From contig JAAZYP010000001.1 in the NCBI GenBank assembly GCA_014239585.1, positions 111,421 to 175,420 of the forward strand: a stretch of 64,000 nt of DNA. Direction: 5' to 3'. The notes beneath the pieces were generated by a model. That model saw only the letters and a list, made by a program, of their open reading frames with translations, had not been told where the DNA came from and made no database searches. This DNA comes from Nanobdellota archaeon (GTDB lineage Archaea > Nanobdellota > Nanobdellia > UBA10117 > ARS21). Below, piece by piece: positions 59,090 through 64,000 of this stretch. How positions within the stretch are numbered: the first letter of the stretch is position 1; each line of letters begins with the position of its first letter. The position numbers were made by a program, and so were the translations under genes.

Positions 59090-59105
59090 TCACTTAAACA
59101 TCTCT
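59087..59105 (+). repeat. 5' half of the cassette repeat
   Basis: TAATCACTTAAACATCTCT; its TAA is the stop codon of 58703..59089. Confidence 0.85.
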
Positions 59106-59131
59106 CCAAAAAGGATAGTTTAATTAGAAAA

Positions 59132-59437
59132 TTATTTTAAAGTTATCGCCCAACCACTTTTAGCAGCATAGTTTCCTAACTCTCGACTTGGTCCATGAGA
59201 TCCTAAAAATGAAGATAAAGTCCAGTTATGTAGGTTTGTCATAATTTCCTTGTATCGTGCATTATTAATTTCAAACATCACTGGTGCACCCAGAGATTCT
59301 ACAATTACGTAATCTTTGTTTCCAAGGTCAATGATCCCACCATATGCAGAATTAAATCTAACTGGGTAAGACCAACCGCCTCTTCGTTTATTGGCATTGG
59401 CTTTCTCTTGAGTCCAAGTTTTAAATTCATTTGCCAT
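59132..59437 (-). CDS. Hypothetical protein
   Basis: 101-aa ATG ORF. Confidence 0.65.
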   Translation of the reverse strand: MANEFKTWTQEKANANKRRGGWSYPVRFNSAYGGIIDLGNKDYVIVESLGAPVMFEINNARYKEIMTNLHNWTLSSFLGSHGPSRELGNYAAKSGWAITLK

Positions 59438-59458
59438 TTTACTAAAAGTTCATTCATA

Positions 59459-59560
59459 CTATAAAATATTATCTCTCCATTTAGTTTTTTCAGTTAGATA
59501 TTTTCCTAAGACATAACCCATTATTGCTGACAAAATTATCAAAAAGATCGTAAACTCCAT
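59459..59560 (-). CDS. Single-TM microprotein
   Basis: MEFTIFLIILSAIMGYVLGKYLTEKTKWRDNIL. Confidence 0.45.
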   Translation of the reverse strand: MEFTIFLIILSAIMGYVLGKYLTEKTKWRDNIL

Positions 59561-59720
59561 GTTTTTAATATATGCTTGAACTTAAAATAAGTTATGTATT
59601 CGGAAACTTTGTAAGAAGATAAACTATAAATATAGATATAGTTTATGATATAATACGACTGAATAAACACCTAATATACTTTGATACAAAAACTAAGTCA
59701 GGCAATTCTGCCGCCTACAT

Positions 59721-59781
59721 ATCACTTTTAGGAAAAGTGATGTCAAAAACTCAAACTTTTAGGAAAAGTGATGTCAAAAAC
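59721..59781. repeat. Tandem palindromic repeat (2 x 27 bp, period 31)
   Basis: ACTTTTAGGAAAAGTGATGTCAAAAAC at 59724-59750 and 59755-59781; ATCACTTTT-AGG-AAAAGTGAT palindrome. Confidence 0.85.
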
Positions 59782-59810
59782 ATTTTATTCTAGAATTGAT
59801 TTCTTTCTGT

Positions 59811-60401
59811 ATGAATTCCGAAATTATTGTACTTGCAGGCGCATCGCTTGGAGCAATTGCGATTTCTGCAATAAGTGCCGGTTTAGTTAAAAAATATGAT
59901 CCGAATCAAATTTTATATTGGCATTTGAATCGAAAAGGTGATGTAGAGGGATATGAAAATGCAGCCAGAGAATCAAGAATATTATTATCAGGTAAACATG
60001 ATCGATACGGTAAAGGCATGGTTACTGGAATTTTGGCGAGAGGAACATTAAAAGAAATTAAGGATAAATTAACTGAATATATTCATCGTGAAAGGTTGAT
60101 TTTAAGAGTAAAACGTTCTGGAGAAGATTCAATTCAGATAAATATTATTGATTCACGAATAAGTAGATTAAATGAAAATGAATTAAGTTCTGCTGAACAA
60201 GAAAGATATATTCGAGTTTATCAGCAAGTAATAACTGAAAGTCAAGAAGTATTACATGGATTACAGTATGATGCTGAAGTAGGTAATGTATCAAGTTATC
60301 ATTCTCGAGTACGACGAATCATTCGTGAAGGTATAATTTCGGGAAAATCTGACCACGAAATTATTTTATTTTGTAGAAAAACACAATTTGCTAATTATTA
60401 G
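59811..60401 (+). CDS. Hypothetical protein with N-terminal membrane anchor
   Basis: Hydrophobic N-terminus followed by a soluble region. Confidence 0.65.
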   Translation: MNSEIIVLAGASLGAIAISAISAGLVKKYDPNQILYWHLNRKGDVEGYENAARESRILLSGKHDRYGKGMVTGILARGTLKEIKDKLTEYIHRERLILRVKRSGEDSIQINIIDSRISRLNENELSSAEQERYIRVYQQVITESQEVLHGLQYDAEVGNVSSYHSRVRRIIREGIISGKSDHEIILFCRKTQFANY

Positions 60402-60443
60402 TCACTTAGTTAGCTTTTTAAATAAAAATAAAAACAGCGAATT

Positions 60444-60608
60444 ATGGTAGAACAAAAAGACAATCACTTTGTATGTAACTTGTGTAAATACAAATATCCT
60501 GCAAAAGAACACGCAGAAACATGTGAAGATAATTGCCGATCTGGAACTTTTGATCCGGAACTTGAAAGTTGGGGGATACCCCCTGAACAAGAGCAAGCTT
60601 TAAATTAA
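60444..60608 (+). CDS. Small zinc-binding protein
   Basis: Not in ORF track: MVEQKDNHFVCNLCKYKYPAKEHAETCEDNCRSGTFDPELESWGIPPEQEQALN. Confidence 0.65.
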   Translation: MVEQKDNHFVCNLCKYKYPAKEHAETCEDNCRSGTFDPELESWGIPPEQEQALN

Positions 60609-60627
60609 AATTGCTCAATTATTAACC

Positions 60628-60900
60628 ATGAAAATAAAAAAGAAGACTCTAATTTACATACTTTTAGTTATGGCAATTGGATTTTTGGCATCAAATTATG
60701 AACCCGCTCCTGAAGTTACAAGCATAATAATAACTGCTGAAACTGAGATTATTGACAATAAAGTCTTACAACGATATCAAGTCGGAAATAATGAAATCTG
60801 TCAAACTGATTGTAAACTTTACTCAACGCAAAATGATGTTGAATATGTTACCGCAATCGTCAGAGTCTGGGGACAATGTAATTGTCGGGTGATTGGATGA
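60628..60900 (+). CDS. Small secreted or anchored protein
   Basis: Basic plus hydrophobic N-terminus; CxxxC...CxC. Confidence 0.6.
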   Translation: MKIKKKTLIYILLVMAIGFLASNYEPAPEVTSIIITAETEIIDNKVLQRYQVGNNEICQTDCKLYSTQNDVEYVTAIVRVWGQCNCRVIG

Positions 60901-61301
60901 GAAAACCGAAATCAATGTCTGAATTAATTTATTTTACTCGTAGAAATGATGAATTTGGTCAATTGAAAGTCTACGTTTTCAAAGAAAAATGTTCTGAATG
61001 TGGCAAAGTCAATATGGGTAAACCGATAAATCCAAAAACTGGTAAAGTAAAATCTCGATCAAAGGAATATGTTTGTTCTGAATGCGAACATAGTGTCGAA
61101 AAGGAAGAATACGAGGATTCTTTGACTGCATCAATTGAATATACTTGTCCTGAAGGACATTCTGGTGAAATTGAAATTCCTTTTGAACGGAAAAGACTTC
61201 CTATTCGAAATTTGAAAACTGGAAAAAACAAATACAAACCTGGAGTTAAATTCAATTGTCCTACTTGCGATTTTGAAATTAAAATTGTCAAACTTAAGTA
61301 A
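60897..61301 (+). CDS. Multi-zinc-ribbon protein
   Basis: CSEC, CSEC, CPEGH, CPTC; YFTRR N-terminus. Confidence 0.75.
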   Translation: MRKPKSMSELIYFTRRNDEFGQLKVYVFKEKCSECGKVNMGKPINPKTGKVKSRSKEYVCSECEHSVEKEEYEDSLTASIEYTCPEGHSGEIEIPFERKRLPIRNLKTGKNKYKPGVKFNCPTCDFEIKIVKLK

Positions 61302-61336
61302 GATTTAAAAACCTAAATTCTACATAACATTAATAT

Positions 61337-61447
61337 GCCTCGGTAGCTCAGTTTGGTAGAGCGCTGCATTGGTAACGCAAAGAATCCTTCGCGGATTGGC
61401 TTGCGCCAATAATGCAGAGGCCGCGAGTTCAAATCCCGCCTGGGGCA
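61337..61447 (+). tRNA. tRNA-Thr(GGT) with 37-nt intron (61375-61411)
   Basis: Anticodon arm CTGCA-TT-GGT-A^A-TGCAG; canonical bulge-helix-bulge (TTGG/CCAA helix with TAA bulges). Confidence 0.93.
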
Positions 61448-62501
61448 TCCATCGAACAGTACACATTACTAACCTCTTTTAAGTTTTTACAAACTTAGAA
61501 GCATACTTGGTTTTAGTCTTACCTAAAAAAAAATGAAAAAGTTTGTTTGTTTGTTTGAGGATTTTTCGAAAAAATATTTTTCGAAAAAGATAATACTCCT
61601 TCTCGGGTTAATTCCTCGAACTTATTTTAAAATTAATAAACTTATTTCAGATTATAAATTAAGCGAAATATATTCTCCAATATATCAAAAAATTGAGTAT
61701 GGTGGTAAATTTTTTTACATATTATTAGATAAAACTAATGGCGGAGTGGATAGAGATATCTTACTGAATGGAGTTTATGAAGCGGATATTATGAAAATTT
61801 TAGATGAAAATTTGAAAGTAGGAATGAATTTTGTAGATATTGGATCAAATATTGGGTATCATTCCCTGTTTGTTTCTAAAATTATTGGTCCGAAAGGGAA
61901 AATTTTTTCATTTGAGCCAATTAAACGAGTCTATAATCAGTTCGAAAAATCTATTTCGAAAAATAAATTTAAAAATATATACGCATATAATTTTGCCATA
62001 GGGACTAGAAATAAAATATCAAAAATATATATCAATGAAAATAATGTTGGGGGGTCATCACTCATTAACAAAACTAAAACTTTTGAATCTATTAAAACTA
62101 AAACTCCGGATAAACTATTATCTGACCATAAAATTGATTTTATAAAAATTGATGTTGAAGGTTATGAATATTATGTGTTGAAAAGTTTGGAAAAAATAAT
62201 TACTGCCGATTTACCCAACATGTTGATAGAATATAGTCCGATTTTTTATGATAAAATCAACATAGATATGAAGAAGAATCTTATTAAATTATTAAAAAAA
62301 TGGAATTATGTTTTATTTGATGTTGATGCAGATAAATTAATCTCTGATTCAGAAAAGTTTGTTGTTAATTTTAAACGAAATCAGACAAATTTATTTTGTA
62401 TGATAGAGCCTAGAGAAAAGCAAAAGTAATAGTTACTACGTAAGACTCACCAAACATATGGTAGTGATGTGTACTCTTTGAGGCATGCTTGCCTGGGGCA
62501 T
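61435..62501. mobile_element. tRNA-Thr-anchored mini-element carrying one methyltransferase gene
   Basis: Direct repeat GCCTGGGGCAT (61438-61448, 62491-62501); inverted repeats 61452-61471 and 62462-62481 (17/20 identical). Confidence 0.75.
61533..62429 (+). CDS. FkbM-family methyltransferase
   Basis: VDIGSNIGYHS, FEP, IKIDVEGYE. Confidence 0.9.
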   Translation: MKKFVCLFEDFSKKYFSKKIILLLGLIPRTYFKINKLISDYKLSEIYSPIYQKIEYGGKFFYILLDKTNGGVDRDILLNGVYEADIMKILDENLKVGMNFVDIGSNIGYHSLFVSKIIGPKGKIFSFEPIKRVYNQFEKSISKNKFKNIYAYNFAIGTRNKISKIYINENNVGGSSLINKTKTFESIKTKTPDKLLSDHKIDFIKIDVEGYEYYVLKSLEKIITADLPNMLIEYSPIFYDKINIDMKKNLIKLLKKWNYVLFDVDADKLISDSEKFVVNFKRNQTNLFCMIEPREKQK

Positions 62502-62538
62502 TCAAAACCTTGATAAATACTTATCGATATACTTACTG

Positions 62539-62652
62539 ATGGAATGTAAAACACCATTATGTAGTGGAAATTGCCATTGCAATAAGGATCAAGGACACGA
62601 AGGGTTACATTATTGTCCTACTTGCAAAGGTGAAAGAAAAGCATCTAACTAA
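62539..62652 (+). CDS. Cys/His-rich microprotein
   Basis: MECKTPLCSGNCHCNKDQGHEGLHYCPTCKGERKASN; ATG 21 nt after ATTCAAAACCTTGATAAA. Confidence 0.6.
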   Translation: MECKTPLCSGNCHCNKDQGHEGLHYCPTCKGERKASN

Positions 62653-62693
62653 ATTAGAGTTCTGATTAACTATTCTTTAAAAAAAATAAAAAT

Positions 62694-62719
62694 GGATTGA
62701 ACACTTTCTGTTCAAATCC
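62694..62719 (-). terminator. Hairpin plus T-tract terminator
   Basis: GGATTGAACA-CTTTC-TGTTCAAATCC followed on the minus strand by a long T-rich run. Confidence 0.55.
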
Positions 62720-62783
62720 TACGTTGCAATTTTAGACTAGTCTAAAACTACTTTTACTACTAATATGAGATTTCTCCCTAATA

Positions 62784-62921
62784 TTATCTTCGTTGTTTGG
62801 AGAAACAATCTCTACAAAAAACATCTCTTCCTTCAGTAGGTTTGAATGGTACTTCGCATTCTTCCTTACATCCGCTACAAGTTGTCTTGTGCATTGTTCT
62901 CTCAGATCTAAAATCTGCCAT
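62784..62921 (-). CDS. CxxC-x17-CxxC domain protein
   Basis: Not in ORF track: MADFRSERTMHKTTCSGCKEECEVPFKPTEGRDVFCRDCFSKQRR. Confidence 0.9.
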   Translation of the reverse strand: MADFRSERTMHKTTCSGCKEECEVPFKPTEGRDVFCRDCFSKQRR

Positions 62922-63026
62922 GGCTTTCTCCGTAAATCACCCTATATAAGGCTTACCTTTTTGAAACATCCTTGTTGTATATCGAATTATCAAAGCTTTA
63001 TATATTAGCAATGCCTAAAAACGGGT

Positions 63027-63410
63027 GTGGGCGGTACATTTTTTAGAAAAGCTAATTTGGAAGAACGATTGAATGAAACAGTAACTGATGTTCCGTTGAC
63101 GGATTCTGTTCCAAATGAGACTCCAACCTTGAAGGAAATTTATATTGAGATTGGCAAAGACATGCGTTCTGATTTTTATGCTTCAGATTTCGGTAAAAAA
63201 TGGAATAATCTATATGAACGATTAGATCTTAATGAGTATCTGGATCTCATTAGCGTTGATAATCTATATTCTGCACTCAATAACTGGGGAAATAAAATTT
63301 TAGGAGAATTAGATTGGCAACAATTTATGGAATATGGCGCAACTCCAATTGCTTCTGCCAGTGCATTTACGGCAGGAAGTTTACTTTGCTACGTAACTAA
63401 TTTAAAATAA
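63027..63410 (+). CDS. Hypothetical protein with C-terminal hydrophobic segment
   Basis: GTG start with TATA upstream. Confidence 0.55.
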   Translation: MGGTFFRKANLEERLNETVTDVPLTDSVPNETPTLKEIYIEIGKDMRSDFYASDFGKKWNNLYERLDLNEYLDLISVDNLYSALNNWGNKILGELDWQQFMEYGATPIASASAFTAGSLLCYVTNLK

Positions 63411-63427
63411 CAGGGTTATACAACTAA

Positions 63428-63964
63428 ATGAAAGTTATCGGTATCACAGGTAAAATGGGTTCTGGAAAAGATACTGTTGCAAAATATCTGGTCAAAAATA
63501 AAGGTTACAAATCAATAAGCATTAGCAATTTTATTCGGAAGGAAGCCAAAAAATCTAAATTAACTCTTACTCGATCAAATCTCTCTAAAATTTCTAAAAA
63601 ATTTACTGATAAATTTGGTAAAACATATTGGTCAGAGTGTGCATTAAAGACACTAAACCGAATGAAAGGAGATAAATTTGTTATTACTGGAATTAGACGA
63701 TTAGAAGATTATGATGCAATAAAGTCTTCAGTCAAAGCTTTCAAACTTTATTCTTTAATTACTGCTCCTGCTTTGAGATTTGAACGAATCAAAGAACGCT
63801 CTCGACCCGGAAATCCTGAAACATATATCCGATTTAAAATTCAAGAAGAAGAGGAATTAGAATTATATCAAAATTTTGAAGAAACTATGGAATTGTCTAA
63901 AAGTAAAATTGAAAATAATGAATCTCTTGAAGAATTGTATCAACTCTTAGATAAATTATTTTAG
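63428..63964 (+). CDS. P-loop nucleotide kinase (dephospho-CoA kinase-like archaeal family)
   Basis: IGITGKMGSGKDT, ITGIR, RFERIKER, IENN. Confidence 0.8.
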   Translation: MKVIGITGKMGSGKDTVAKYLVKNKGYKSISISNFIRKEAKKSKLTLTRSNLSKISKKFTDKFGKTYWSECALKTLNRMKGDKFVITGIRRLEDYDAIKSSVKAFKLYSLITAPALRFERIKERSRPGNPETYIRFKIQEEEELELYQNFEETMELSKSKIENNESLEELYQLLDKLF

Positions 63965-64000
63965 AAGAAATCTTTATATTGCTTGACCAGTAATCTAATT

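Larger units (their letters stand above)
57167..59721. mobile_element. tRNA-Leu-anchored mini-element with terminal direct and inverted repeats
   Basis: Direct repeat AATCCTGCCGCCTACATA (57167-57184) / AATTCTGCCGCCTACATA (59704-59721); inverted repeats 57185-57214 and 59673-59702 (24/30 identical). Confidence 0.85.

Noticed and set aside
58601-59105. Repeats as a CRISPR array
   Set aside because: Spacing is 4 nt or a whole gene rather than uniform 30-40-nt spacers, and no cas genes are in the window
59724-59781. 27-bp repeat pair as a mini-CRISPR
   Set aside because: Only two copies, separated by 4 nt
60402-60596. ORF-track 64-aa minus-strand ORF
   Set aside because: Antisense to the more convincing zinc-binding ORF 60444-60608
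62793-63008. ORF-track 71-aa plus-strand ORF
   Set aside because: Antisense to the clear CxxC-x17-CxxC gene 62784-62921

Overview
AT-rich, gene-dense archaeal chromosome segment, most consistent with a DPANN/Nanoarchaeota-like lineage (inferred from class I LysRS, archaeal ribosomal proteins, TFB, histone, Alba, split Rpo1/Rpo2, short divergent proteins, tight overlaps and mostly leaderless promoters). Bases 1-50 kb are mostly housekeeping: aRF1, ValRS, PheRS, LysRS, r-proteins, aIF5B, glmS and the rpoH-B''-B'-A'-A''-L30e-nusA operon. Interspersed are two Thermoplasmatota-type small genes (DUF6015-like, DUF3860-like) and a cluster of unknown function (TIM barrel plus two nucleotidyltransferase-HEPN proteins). 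Six tRNAs are present: Ile, Lys, Asp, Arg, Leu and an intron-containing Thr. The 50-64 kb region is accessory and holds the best signals. (1) Two tiny tRNA-targeted elements with no intact integrase share one architecture: tRNA 3' end - inverted repeat - cargo - inverted repeat - duplicated tRNA 3' end (2.5 kb at tRNA-Leu, 1.06 kb at tRNA-Thr). (2) Inside the Leu element is a cassette-like array in which single genes alternate with a ~38-bp promoter-bearing repeat. (3) A ~97-nt structured RNA candidate has three C(UNCG)G hairpins. (4) Several Cys-rich microproteins were missed by the ORF track, including a metallothionein-like peptide. All family assignments come from motif recognition by eye; no searches were run.
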